A DNA stretch of 64,000 nucleotides. It comes from Trypanosoma brucei (Eukaryota). Under the pieces are notes generated by a model. That model saw only the letters and a program-made list of their open reading frames with translations, made no database searches and was not told the origin of the DNA. The stretch lies in NCBI GenBank assembly GCA_000002445.1, contig AE017150.2, positions 672,001 to 736,000 of the forward strand, written 5' to 3'. How positions within the stretch are numbered: the first letter of the stretch is position 1; every line of letters starts with the position of its first letter. A program made the translations under genes and the position numbers. This document shows positions 1-12,518 of the stretch, piece by piece.

Positions 1-843
1 GCCCTCCAAACTTCCACAGTTTCCGAACAATAGTCCTGTCAGTCTTTATTCATTTAAATATGTATTTTTTCATCCCTTCGCGACACACATGCGTGTCCAT
101 AACGTCACGATGTCAATATTTCAACCATGGTGAAACTGCAACGTGCCACACCCCCGGTGAGATCCGATCCTTCCCCTCAACCACACAAACCCTCCTTTCA
201 GATATCGATCGCAATACCTCATACCTATTCAAAATCTCTATTACTCTGCCTTACCCCTCATTCTTTCATTTCCTTTCGTTTCTTGAGGGATCATCTCCGC
301 ATCGCTGCATGAAAAGTAATGATAGGTAATACGAACATGTGCACATACACATGCATGTATAGCGAGAAGAACAATGAAAAGAGAGGAAGGTGTCATATTG
401 GTAATATCGGCGTCATTGAAAATATCCATCCAAGAGCATGCTGAGGGGCCGGCAGGTACGGGGGAAAACATGGAGCAGGGCGACACCGAGAAAGGACAAA
501 ATAAAACAAGACAAAAGAGGGAAAGATATTATCCATCCACAACGTACCGGTACAGCACACACGAAGTCGAGAAAAGGAAGAGGGTAAACGGATAAGGTGA
601 AGTAAACAAAATGTCCTTCGCCGCCCCCTTTTTTTTTCACGGGTTTATATCATCCGTTTGGTGTCTCTTCGTCTGCTTACTTTCACAGTTCCCTTCCCTC
701 CAGCTTTCCACACCCGCCATTCCCTTCGCGGTGGACTGTTCCGTCGCCGCCAATTCATTTCACGAAACCCACCCACTGACAACCGCGGTTTATCCGAACT
801 TCCGTTCGTCATATTCTCACTCATTTCCGCATCAGTGCTGGCT

Positions 844-3345
844 CTATCGAGGCGGCACCTTCAGTACCTTTATTAACGTCGCCAAAAGATTAATGTCATC
901 CTCTGTCAATTCATCCTTAAACAATTTAATCGCATTAACAGATGGACGGGAAATGAGTGAGAAGAGTTCATCCGATTTATCAAACTGTCGCCCGAACGTC
1001 ATTCCACTTTCCCCTGAGTTTATTTTAACCGAACACTCGCAGCCCACGCGGCCAACAGTGATGCTCTTCTTATCGCGCTCTAATGACATCACTCGCCCGA
1101 TGAGATGTGGCGTATCGCCCCGCATAAAAGCGAGTGGCGTTCCCGGGTGGAGCTGACCACACTTCACCTTCACAGGGAGAATAATAGGATCGGTGTTATG
1201 GATGGCATCGTCGAGAATGGTGAGTTGTACAGGAAAGACGGCAATTGCGCGTGCCTTATCTTTTTCCCGCTTCTCATACTCGTTTATATACCTTGTGAAC
1301 ATATCAAACAAATGGTAGATGATCTTGGCCTCAAACATATCGATGTCGTTCTTCTTGGCAATGTCTCGAGCGTCATCGGATATCTCAACATCGAAGGCAA
1401 GAACAACAGCGTGACGCGGTGACTTCCGTTTCATGGAGAGGACATTGATCATATGTCTCTTATGCAGTGGCCCAATGGAGGCGCTTGCAACAGGAATCTT
1501 CATTTTGTTCAAAAACGACAACAAGGCTTCCAGAGAACCAAGTGTAGAGCTTTGCACCGTAACCCCAACACCGTCGGGACTCAACTGGTCCGTAATGCTG
1601 TTCGCATCCTTCATCACCTCCTTTGCAACGGCTTCTTTATCGTCTCCCGGCCGCACGACGAGAAGATGCGAACCAGGAATAACATACTCCAGTTCGTTGG
1701 CCGCAATCTTAATTCCCATTGCTGCCTTCATTGTCTTGTGATGAATGTATTCCCCTCTTACTCGAAGTTCCTTCATGGGTTGTGGTGTGAGCAGTGCACG
1801 GATCTGCGTGAACACGGGCCCGTTCTGCCCACAGAGGCAAATATTGTCGCCCTCGTGAAGCTCGCCGTTGATGAGGATGGCATCGATAGTAAAACCATAC
1901 CCCGTTGTGGGCTTCACCTCCAGAATGGTACATTGCAGGTCATCCTTGTATGTAACTTTCCCTTCCATGAACTGTTGCACCAGTTGAACTTCCAACAGAA
2001 TTAGGTCACAAATGCCTTCTCCTGTCTTGGCCGACGTTGGCACAATTGAAACCACCTTTCGCACCTCCTTGTTATGATAGTACAGTTCGGAATTGAGTCC
2101 CTCTGCAAGCAATTCCTGTTTTACTTGAACAAGCCGTGTGCTAAACTCATCACGGACATTAGGCTTCTGTAAGGAAAGCGTTTGCTCAATGTCCATGTCC
2201 TTGTGAGCAACCCAGTCGTAGAGGCGATCCACTTTGTTCAATGCGACGATGAAGGGGCACTTTTTCTCGCGTAGCAGACGGATTGACTCACGCGTCTGTG
2301 GTTCCAACCCGTGCATTATATCCACAACGAGAATAGCGATGTCGCACAAACTGCTTCCACGACTGCGAAGATTTGTGAAGGACTCGTGACCGGGTGTATC
2401 GATAACGAGAAGACCAGGCACGTTCAGCTGATGCTGGTACTTTTGATTGAGATCAGCTGTGGCTTCAACAATTGATTCCCGTGGAAAAAAGGTGGCACCG
2501 ATCTGCTGCGTAATACCACCGGCCTCACCGCCTTGAACGTTAGTCGCTCGAATACGATCCAATAAACTAGTTTTACCAGTGTCCACGTGTCCAAGAACAC
2601 AACAAATTGGCGACCGGAGTTTTGTCACGCTCTCCAATACATGCTCCTTTGCTCGCCTTTCCTCTTCCTTCGCGCGTTTCCGCGCTTCCTTCGCCTTCAG
2701 TCGCTCTTCCACCATCTCAGCACGTCTCTTACGGATACGCTCGTTATTAATTTTACGCTGCTCTCGCCGATCGTCACGCTCCATCATGGCTTCCCAGTCT
2801 TCCTCGTCCACCTCCGCATCGGACTCTGTTGGCTCCGTCACCTCACCGTCATCTTCCACTGGTAGATCCAAACTGTCTTCGTCTGATTCATGACCGGCTT
2901 TGGCTGCCCTCTCATCAGCTGCGTCTTCCTCCTGTTTCTGAGTAGGCTTTTGTTTTTGCTGCTTAGGTCGTGGGGCTTCCCGCTCCTTTTTCTGCTGTTC
3001 CCGAACTTTCTCCACATCAGGAACGATAAAACCGGCGGCAGCCATACGTTCCAGAACATCATTGCGGGACTCCTTGGTTCCCATTTTGCGAGCCAAGCGC
3101 TCCTCTTCCTTCCGCCGCTGACGTTCCCGGGCGCGCTCTTCCTCTTCAAACCTCCGTTGCTCTTCCGCAAGTCGTTCCTCTTCACGCAACCGTTTTTCCT
3201 CTTCCTCCCGTTCCCTGCGAAGCCGTTCTTCTTCTTCCTTTTGCTTCTCCATGTGCTGCTTAAGTTTTGCGATCATCGCGGCGGGAGGCCCGCCCTTGCG
3301 GGCGGGGGCGCCTTTTGGCGCTGCCTTTGGTCCTTTAGGCGGCAT
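844..3345 (-). CDS. EIF5B: Translation initiation factor eIF5B (IF2-type GTPase).
   Basis: 833-aa ORF. The N-terminal ~220 aa is a highly charged K/E/R-rich tract typical of eIF5B. It is followed by a G-domain with the P-loop VLGHVDTGKTSLLD, the switch region GGITQQIGATFFP and DTPGHESF (G3), then an NKVDRL (G4)-like stretch. The C-terminal beta-barrel domains are consistent with eIF5B/IF2 architecture. Confidence 0.9.
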   Translation of the reverse strand: MPPKGPKAAPKGAPARKGGPPAAMIAKLKQHMEKQKEEEERLRREREEEEKRLREEERLAEEQRRFEEEERARERQRRKEEERLARKMGTKESRNDVLERMAAAGFIVPDVEKVREQQKKEREAPRPKQQKQKPTQKQEEDAADERAAKAGHESDEDSLDLPVEDDGEVTEPTESDAEVDEEDWEAMMERDDRREQRKINNERIRKRRAEMVEERLKAKEARKRAKEEERRAKEHVLESVTKLRSPICCVLGHVDTGKTSLLDRIRATNVQGGEAGGITQQIGATFFPRESIVEATADLNQKYQHQLNVPGLLVIDTPGHESFTNLRSRGSSLCDIAILVVDIMHGLEPQTRESIRLLREKKCPFIVALNKVDRLYDWVAHKDMDIEQTLSLQKPNVRDEFSTRLVQVKQELLAEGLNSELYYHNKEVRKVVSIVPTSAKTGEGICDLILLEVQLVQQFMEGKVTYKDDLQCTILEVKPTTGYGFTIDAILINGELHEGDNICLCGQNGPVFTQIRALLTPQPMKELRVRGEYIHHKTMKAAMGIKIAANELEYVIPGSHLLVVRPGDDKEAVAKEVMKDANSITDQLSPDGVGVTVQSSTLGSLEALLSFLNKMKIPVASASIGPLHKRHMINVLSMKRKSPRHAVVLAFDVEISDDARDIAKKNDIDMFEAKIIYHLFDMFTRYINEYEKREKDKARAIAVFPVQLTILDDAIHNTDPIILPVKVKCGQLHPGTPLAFMRGDTPHLIGRVMSLERDKKSITVGRVGCECSVKINSGESGMTFGRQFDKSDELFSLISRPSVNAIKLFKDELTEDDINLLATLIKVLKVPPR

Positions 3346-5638
3346 TATCCGTTAAAACGATGTTTCGGCTGGACCGATGGTGGTGCGTGGCGTGCTATGA
3401 AGTAAAGGGTGTAATGGTGTCGGTAGTGGTGATGACGAACAGATAACGTGCGCTAATGGTAATAGTGCTCCGAGCTAACGTATATATATATATATATATA
3501 TCCCAGGCAATCCCCTTTCTTTTTTGCCTTTTCTTCAGAAACTGTGACACGCCACCTACGTTTCCTCCTGTGGTGAGCTGCACCTATTGGCCTCGGCGCC
3601 TTTGATGTTGAATGGCGGAAGAATAACGGTCCGTCCTTCCTTTAATCGCAACGGCGGAAGCGGTTATCGATGAATTGTCGCTGACGTTATTGTTAATGCT
3701 GCTCCTTTAATCTTCTGGTTCAGTTCCACTTACTCTTCTTATTTGATGCAGGAATCTTTAAGTAGGCACAACGTCGTGTTTCAATGCGATGCTCCCGTTT
3801 GTGTTTACTTTATCTTAAAAGATGCCTCTGGAATTACTCCGTGAAAACGGCGGATCCTTTTCGCAATCAACTCAATATATATATATATATATATATAAAT
3901 ATATTCTTCCTTGCCTTCCTGCTTGGACGTGCAATTTCGAATACTCTTCCACAGTTGTCTTTTTTTTTTCTCAGCACACACACACGCAGGCACGTGAGGG
4001 AAACAAATGCAGAGCCCTAACGTTAATTTTACTATTATTGCTTTCGCGTACCTAGTTATTTGTCAATACTCTGTTTCTTATATATATATATATATATATA
4101 TAGACAAATATATTTATTTACAACAAATATATATAATATATACACGTACGTATATGAGGGGACGGATGTGCAGGTATTTTTGTTGTTTAATTCCGGTTTC
4201 TGTCCCGTTGTATTTCGAGAGTACGCGATTTATATCGTCCCCTAACCTTTCCTATGTGATTGAACCGCTTACGTACTGCTGCGGCACTCCTGTTCTGGAG
4301 ATAATTACTTTTTCTTTTAAGAGACTTCAGTGTTGAAATGCTTGCTGCTGCGTATCAAACTATGTGTATATTATATTTGTATACACGTGTATGTGCATGT
4401 GCGTACATGTTAAGAAGTTGAAAACAACAAGAACAACAAAGGAAACGGCAAAGGGACACGATTGTAAAGTTGTGATAAGAAAGGTTAGATATAACAATAA
4501 CAATAATAATAATTTTTTTTTAAAAAGGCGCGTATCGTTCACACAGTGAGCTTCAACAACACAAGCGTACACATTTGTGACGCTCTCTTTCTTCTTTACT
4601 TTCCTTTTCCTCCCTCTTTTTTTTGGGGGGGGGATCTCCCTTCACGAACTAACACAGACAGTTAGTAATATATAAATATAAAAATATGTCAATGGGGTGC
4701 GTGATCATTTCCATTTCCTTTTTCAGCATAGCATCATTCCCTTTCATTGCTTCAAACACACACGCGAAAAGAAAAGCAACAACACCACAAGTTGTGAAGA
4801 GTACCAAACACTTTAAAATATTGCCTAGTGGTGGTGCCGGTAGCGGAAGAAGTAAAGAAAGCAGCGGGAAAGCCTCTCAAAACGTAACGCGGCAGAAAAA
4901 TAAATTAAGTTGAACAAAGAGGAACCACACAAGTACAGGCACATCCCTACAAAAACAACGGTAATACCACTAAAAACAGGTACATGCATCTCAAACGAAC
5001 ACAACCAACAAATCGTAAATGTTGGATCACAACACAAAAAGAATATATACCGCTGCAGCTGTTGTGAAAAGTAAGATGAAAACAAAAAACAAAACAACAA
5101 CGTCAGGCACAAAAGTAGAAAGTTTACTACTAAGTACTCCACAAAAGCGATCATGAGACCGAGTGATATTCCGCGTAATTGTGAATACAAAAAAAAGCGG
5201 GAGAGGGATGAGACTTCTCACCAGAGATTTTCTTTCTCATTTTTTCCTTTTACCTTCATTTCTCCAGTTGGGCATTCACATGTTTGCTTTTTGGATTATT
5301 CGGAGTCACTACGCTGCACTGCCATTATCTGTTCACTCGCCGACAGCACATAATAGTGTAGGTGAAACAAGTAAAACAACCCCTGTACCATGTTAATCCT
5401 ATCCATAAACAGCCAAATATATAAGTATAAATATACAAATATAGATATTTATCTCTTTGTTCAATCTACTCTATTTTATTCCCTCATTAACTGTCTAGAG
5501 AACTGACGAGAAATAAAGATGCCCCCCCCCCCCGCTACACACACATACACACATACAGACACACACACGAACACGCACAAAAATAAAAAAAAGAACAATA
5601 ATAACAATAACACCGAGATCAACAACAACAAGAAATGC

Positions 5639-7150
5639 CTAGTATGCCGAAACGGCAGTCATGGTGTGAACCATAAGTTCCTCCATTCCTTCTTCTAGCG
5701 CTGCCGCAAGTTTGTTACCGTATTCCCACAGTTCGTCCGTAAGTGCAGCTATATCAATCCTTTCAGCCTGTTGGGGTAGCGGCACAATCCACTCATACTC
5801 CAAACGTTCGCCCTCGTCCCCAGCCTTTGTGATGATGAGCGGCGTTCGTTTTGTCTCTACAAGTTGAAGTGTTACACCAGTGGCCGTTTTCTTGGCCCAC
5901 TTGCGAACCACACGCTCACAACAGTACACAACATCACCTAATTCCGGCGATAACACCGACTGCACAGAATCCCGTGTGCTACGTAGTATGTCCGCTTCAA
6001 GGTAAGCATCCGCAATACGTTTCTTGATGGGATGCCTGGCACGCACGACGTAACGCAAATCGGGCATCTTACTGCGAATGTAGTGTGAAACGAAGAACCG
6101 ATCCCACGGTTTGTTCATCATCGTGCACTTAAGTTGACCATTGAGCTCACAATCGAAAAACTCTGCCATGCGACGGATTGTGACTTTATAGCTCGTTGTG
6201 CGTTCCTGTTGGATGCTCATGTTAAGAGCTGCCGCCAGAGACTCCATGGCCGCTACGTTGGATTCGCTCGCAATGGCAAACCAGGCATACGGATGCTGAG
6301 CGTAGAGATGCTTTTGCACTGTCCACAGCGGCATGACATTACGATTTTGCTTTGCCACACTGCGATAGTAAAGTGCCTTACCCGCTCCGATGTTAAGCTC
6401 ACCCGGCATATTCATATTCCAAATATTCATGAGGCACCATTCAAAGGCCATTCGGAATCGCATTTTGTTTGCGTCGTTTGGGGCAACGTGAATTGCTGCC
6501 AGGGCATTCTTCACCTTACTTTGCCCCGGAAGTTTGCTCGGGTCGATACTCGCAATACCCACATCTGTAGCTGTCTCACTGTGCAGAAGCTGAAAGGCTC
6601 GAGGAGAAAGCGGATCATAACGTTCGCCCATTCGTCCAGGGCTTAATTCCATAAAGTCCAACTCACGACGGTCCTCAAAACCGGGTTCTGCACCCCAATC
6701 ACCGTATTCATCCGCTTCTTCCAGCGCATCTTCGGCACGATCATAGTCCGTCACAACAATGGCGTGTGGGTTGTCCTCCTGCGGTACCGTTGCGCTCGCC
6801 TGCTGCTCAGCGGAGAGAATTTCTTCCACCTGCCGCACCAACGCACTCTTTTTTGCACGAGGGTCCACATTTGCCACGCGGCAGTGCTCCTGTAAAAAAA
6901 AAGCAAGTTCCGGTACTGAAAGTGAAAAGAGATTGCCTTCATTCCATAAGCCCCATACGGTGTTACGAGTAATGTGTGAGAAGTCACCGCTGGCTGCCGG
7001 TGCAGCTGCAGAAAAAGACTGCTGACGAGTCGCAATTTGCAGCGGTGCGACTGCTCGGCTAAAGGCACTTGTTGCACCGTTCAAAGCGCTGAATATTTTC
7101 AGGCGCGCGCGCAGCATGTAAAAAAACTTTTTAGAAAGAGAAAAAAACAA
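5639..7150 (-). CDS. Conserved hypothetical protein with a predicted N-terminal mitochondrial presequence. No recognisable catalytic motif.
   Basis: 503-aa uninterrupted ORF on the same strand as its neighbours. The first 11 codons (MFFSLSKKFFY) look like a translated pyrimidine-rich UTR. The more likely start is the ATG at 7115..7117 (minus), giving MLRARLKIFSALNGATSAFSRAVAPLQIATRQQSF, an Arg/Ser/Ala-rich amphipathic presequence-like segment. An acidic stretch (DYDRAEDALEEADEYGDWGAEPGFED) follows. Confidence 0.7.
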   Translation of the reverse strand: MFFSLSKKFFYMLRARLKIFSALNGATSAFSRAVAPLQIATRQQSFSAAAPAASGDFSHITRNTVWGLWNEGNLFSLSVPELAFFLQEHCRVANVDPRAKKSALVRQVEEILSAEQQASATVPQEDNPHAIVVTDYDRAEDALEEADEYGDWGAEPGFEDRRELDFMELSPGRMGERYDPLSPRAFQLLHSETATDVGIASIDPSKLPGQSKVKNALAAIHVAPNDANKMRFRMAFEWCLMNIWNMNMPGELNIGAGKALYYRSVAKQNRNVMPLWTVQKHLYAQHPYAWFAIASESNVAAMESLAAALNMSIQQERTTSYKVTIRRMAEFFDCELNGQLKCTMMNKPWDRFFVSHYIRSKMPDLRYVVRARHPIKKRIADAYLEADILRSTRDSVQSVLSPELGDVVYCCERVVRKWAKKTATGVTLQLVETKRTPLIITKAGDEGERLEYEWIVPLPQQAERIDIAALTDELWEYGNKLAAALEEGMEELMVHTMTAVSAY

Positions 7151-9009
7151 ATTAACGTGAAATGAAGGGCCAGGCCACTCCCCGCAACAAAACTACCGTG
7201 CGGTTACACTTGCTCTTCGGACTCACTATCGACTTCGGCAGACTCAAACAAACAAAAAAAACAAACAGTTTTTTTTCTTTCTTAGCCGTCCTGATACCAC
7301 CGTGAGCACCTTAACGGTTCAGCGGTTATATTGTTGAGAATGCCGCGCAGTGTGTTGTGTTGTGTTGCCCCGTTTCTTCCCGTTTGTTTCCGCCCTGCAA
7401 TCAATTAAGAGCCGCTATTATGACACAACTTTTTTTTCCTTCTTCAATTCTCTTATATATATATATATATATATTTCTCTTTCGCTTCCTTTTGTTGTTG
7501 TTTTCCCTTGTTTTATTTTTTAATTATTTCTATCCCGAACTTTATATTATCCTTTAGCTAAGGATTTGTTACCGTGTTGTCTGTCTTTTTTCTCTTTTTC
7601 CTCTTTTTTTACTTCAAGTTCTTACTTGAGCAACTTGAACTTGAAGAACTTTACGTGCAACCCCTCAAACGTCACTTCCTATCCCAATCAAAGCACGTAA
7701 ATAACACCAAAAAACTACTACTATATATAAAAAAAAAGCAAGTGAGCTAAGAGAAAAAGAGGAAGAAGAAAAATTGAAGTATAGGGTGAAGATTAAGGCA
7801 ATGTAATATCCGTGTGGTATGTATGAGGGTGTATGTTACATTTAATATTTAAATACATTATGCATATATAAATATATAAATATACGTTCATTGGCTTGTT
7901 TTATAGACGCGGCCGTGCCGCAGTGATTATTTCATTTCTACCGCCCGATTGAGCCAATCCAGCGTTTGGAAAAGGGATAACTGCCTTTCGCTGTTTTCCC
8001 CACTTTCCCTCAATCCTTATAATAATTTCCAACCTCTTCTTTCTTCTCCTTTGCTCCGTTTTTCTTTTCTTTTTTTTTTCTTTAAAAAAAACTCTTTTAA
8101 ACATTGTTTTCTTTTACCTCTTAGAAAAATAAATATATTATTTCCTTTTTAAAATTTCTTTTGCATCTCTTTCTTCTTTTCTTTTCTTTTGTTTTTTATT
8201 TTTCTTCTCCCCTCGATGTTGTTTTGTTCCTTTCCGTCAAATGTCCAATATTCATCTCTTTTTCCTTCTTCCCTTCCTCATTCATCTATTCGTTTTATTT
8301 ACAAAATTTGCCTTTTGCCTTTTCTCATTTATTTTTTTTTACTTTAATCATTTTTTTCCCTTTCCCTCAATACTTATAATATCCCTCTCTTTTTTTCCTC
8401 GTTTATTTACCCGGAGGCATGTGCAAATTGTTTCGGCCGCCCATCAAGAATTAAAATCAAAAGAAACAGAAAAAACAACAACAACAACAACATCATCATC
8501 ATCACCAACAAGAAACATAAATACACACAAACACACATAAATATATAAATATAAATATATAAATATACATATATGCATTTATGTATTTATTTTATCTGCA
8601 CAGCCATACAACAACAGCTACAACAACAAAAAAACAAAACAAAAACAAAAGCCGTCCAACCACAAAAAGGTGTGACATTGAAGTTTTTAAGAAAAAAAAA
8701 GTGATGACGATGGCGAAGGGAGCGCAACAGTAATAATAATAACAATAATAATAAAACCCCAACAGAAAACTGAAACAATCAAATTAAAACAAAAAAAAGT
8801 TACTTACTGGTATTAACAACTATATTATATAGATTAGTAATAGTGACAATTAGGGCAATAATAACACTAGTATAGCAACAACAAAAATATATATTATATT
8901 CGTGTTTAATTACATAAATTTAAATATATAAATATATTTTAATTATTTATTCACGTGTGCGTGTGTGTGCGTGTGTGTGTTTAGCAGTACAAAATCGAGA
9001 AAGGAAGAA

Positions 9010-9042
<33 letters not shown>

Positions 9043-9043
9043 G
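9010..9043. repeat. (AAC)11 trinucleotide microsatellite.
   Basis: aacaacaacaacaacaacaacaacaacaacaa lies within the long ORF-free tract. Confidence 0.9.
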
Positions 9044-12000
9044 AAAGGAATTTATTTTATTTTATGGGGATGAGGCCGCTTGTAAGAGAGGTTAGGAGTC
9101 CGAATGAAAATGAAACAGGCTCATAGGTAAAGGAAAGCTGAGCAGCGTAAAGAGAAATAAATTCCGTATTTCATGCAAAAAAAACAAAACAAAACAAAAC
9201 ACATACAAAAATAATATAGAAAAAGAAATATGCGTATTTATTTATTTATGTATGTATTATATGTGCGCCTTCCCCTTTGTACACGTAAACATAAAACATA
9301 AAACATTGCTCAAAAAAGAAAAAAAAAGAAAGAAAGAAGGAAGGGTTATGAAGAGCTGGAAGCACGAACCTGCACGGACAGTCACAAATGTATAACCCAC
9401 AACAAATCAAATCAAATCAGAGCAAAAAAGAAAAAAAAGAAAAAAGGACTTGAATAAAAAGAAAGAAAAAAAGAAAGAAAAAACAGGTCAAAATTGTAGG
9501 TTCCCTCAGACGCATCCGACATGTGCTCTGATCACAGCTCAAACATATCCACAAATAATTTAAAAAAAAACAACACGACAAAATACTTGCGAAAAAGTAT
9601 ATAAACATGTGGAAAATATTTGTATGTTTATAAACTTCTCCAATGGTTTCGCTGACATTATCAAATTCATCACAACTTTTCCCTATTCTCCTCCTTTCCT
9701 CCTTTTATCTCCAGTCACAAAATATATAAGCACACACGCGCGTATTTACACATGATCTTCTCTTTTTTTCTTTGTAGAAAACAACAACAAAAAAATCGAT
9801 ATAAATGATTTAATTAATACATATAAATTAACACAAAAATATACCGAATACACTTTGCCATTATTCCTCTTGTCGTAGCAATTTTTTGTTTGTTTGTGCG
9901 TGCGTGCGGTGGATTTGGTACAAGGGATATTTTACAACATCCCCACACCAATGCGAAGTCAAAAATACGTAAGGAAAAAAAACAGAAAAACAAAATTAAT
10001 AAATTATTTAACGAAATGAATAAATAATTAATTAACCTTGTTTTCTTTTTTTTTTTTCACTACTAGTATTGTTGATGTTATGGTGGAATCTCGTACAATG
10101 TAGGAGGGACAAGAAGAGGAAGAAGAATGATAATATGAATTCATTGAAACGAAACGAAGAACAAAAACAAGAACAAAAAACAAAAACAAAACAAAACAAA
10201 AACCGCCTCACGTCACTGCTTCCCATGCACTTTTAGTGCTTTTGAATAAAAAAAAATGGGAGAGGGGGTGCGCCTCATATAACGCCAGGCGATATAAAAA
10301 TAATTTTAAAAAATTAAAAAAAAAAGATATTTATATCGTTATCATATCATCGGTAACAATCTCCTTTTGCTTGCCTTTTCCTTACTTACTTCCTTCTTTC
10401 ATTTCCTTCCTCCTTACGAGGAAACAATAATAATAATAATAACAATAATAATAATAATAATGAGACACAAACTCACATGCACGAATCCACATAAATACCC
10501 AAATTCATTCAAATGAATGCATACAACAGAACACAAGGTTTTTTTCTCCTTAAAAAAAAAAAAGAAAAAAAAAAAGAAAATCATTGCTGAGAGACGGCGT
10601 GGCATCTATGAAAAAAAAATGTTATTGAGTGAGCGAATAAGTCGGTGAGTCATCGAAAACATTTGGTGCCATTGCGTGCGCATTTTATTTTTCTCTTGTC
10701 TGTTCTTTTTTTTTCTTTTTCTTTACATTAGCAGTATAATTTATGACCGATAGTAATGGTAAAACGAGTCCTTACGTACCCATCCCAAATGAAAATGAAA
10801 ATGAAAGAAAAAAAAAACACGGGAAACGAGAAACATTAAAACAACAACAAGAAAAAAAAGGGAAAGGGAAAAAAACAAATACACAACAAATGATATATAT
10901 TTTTTTAAAAAAAGAAAAAGAACGCATACATTTCCACCTGATTTCCACACTTGAATCATTATTTTCTTTTCCTTTTCTTTCTTTCTTTTTTCCCCTTCTT
11001 CCCTTCCATCCACGTAATTTCCTCTTATTACTAAAACAATAAATAAATATGTCAGCCACTGACGAAATAATGTCAAGGAAATGGAAAAGTAGGAGGAAAA
11101 GGGAAAACAAACAAACAAACAAAAAAGATAAAAGGAAACAAATGCGGTAACATCACTTCCCTGATATATATATATATATATATTTCTCCTTTTTCGCTTT
11201 ATAAAACCCGCTGTTTCCCCCTATTTTCCTTTCTTTTTTTTTTTGGAAAAAAAAATTTCCGCGAGTATCACACTTATTAATATTTATTTAAAATATTAAT
11301 AATAATGATTATTATTATTTCATAAATTACTTTGAATTACTTTTATTTTTACTGCCGTTTCATTGCATTATATATACAAATATATGTATAAATGTGTGTG
11401 TCTATGCGTGTGTTTGTGTGGTTATTATTATTATTATTATTATTATATTTTTTTTGTAAATTACCTCAGCCGGGGCGGTGATGAAAATAATGAGAAACAA
11501 CAATAATAATGGAATTCCCGTACCGATTTAAATACCACACGGAAAACCCATATCTTCACACATAAATCTAAACATAAACATAAACATAAATGAAAAAAGA
11601 AAATGAATATAAACATAAACATAAACACACACAAATATATAAACTATATTATTATATTACATATTTAAGTATTTATGTATTACGTGAGAATAAGAGGAAG
11701 CGAAAATAAAATGAAGAAATAATAAAAGTAAAATTAATTGAATAACCACCCTCAAAAGCAAGCAAACAAACGAAAAAAACAAAAAAAACAAACAACAAAA
11801 CCAATAATAACAACACTAATAATTAATAAAATTACTACCACTGAAACATTTTGAATATGTTACGTGTATGCGTGCATATATAAATATTTGGTAGTTCTTT
11901 TTTTTCTTTCTTTTTTTTTTTAAAAAAAAGATAAATGATAGGCGTGTTTATGGATTGAGGTTGTACTAAAAGAAGGCGAAGGACATTATTTTATTTTGGT

Positions 12001-12477
12001 AGGCACGACATGAGAGAAAAGGTAGAGGTAAACAGCAACAACAAAAGCCGACAAAATCAAAGAAAGAGAGAGAGAGAGAAAACAAAAAAAGCGTATGACA
12101 ACACTTACCACCAAATTAAAGTACCGAATTGAACAAAAATCCAAGTCATAAATTAATTAGCAAACCAATGAAATTGTTTATTCATTAAATTATTTATTAT
12201 TTTTTCCGGAGTTGTTGGCATCCTTCTCATCCATAGTCTTCTTTTTTTAAAAATAATTTATTTACCTTTTCTTCTCTTTCCTACTTTATTCCCCCCTTTT
12301 CTTTATAAAACCATTTCAACTTTATACATCTAACTGTTCAATACGGGAGAGCGCGAAAACGAAAAAAAAACACAAAAACACCAAAAATAAAACCTAATAA
12401 AAATGAAAAAAAAAAGGGAAAAGGAACTGATGAATCCAAACAATCCTTCTCACATTCCCACGCGCCCTACACGTACT

Positions 12478-12482
<5 letters not shown>

Positions 12483-12516
<34 letters not shown>
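12483..12516. repeat. (TA)17 microsatellite, the longest of many (TA)n tracts in the window.
   Basis: Uninterrupted alternating TA run. Similar tracts sit at ~3481-3501, 3875-3897, 4079-4102, 7454-7474, 11164-11183, 16696-16714, 18553-18602 and 62515-62548. Confidence 0.95.

Positions 12517-12518
<2 letters not shown>

Noticed and set aside
611-2004. Plus-strand ORFs (181 aa, 105 aa, 183 aa) overlapping or antisense to eIF5B.
   Set aside because: They are antisense to a strongly supported gene and to the transcription unit. No recognisable motifs.
8701-8773. C/D-box snoRNA-like arrangement (GUGAUGA ... ~65 nt ... CUGA) on the plus strand.
   Set aside because: It is on the non-transcribed strand, whereas snoRNAs in kinetoplastids are processed from the polycistronic precursor. 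These short boxes are expected by chance at this spacing. No convincing D' or C' boxes or terminal stem seen.
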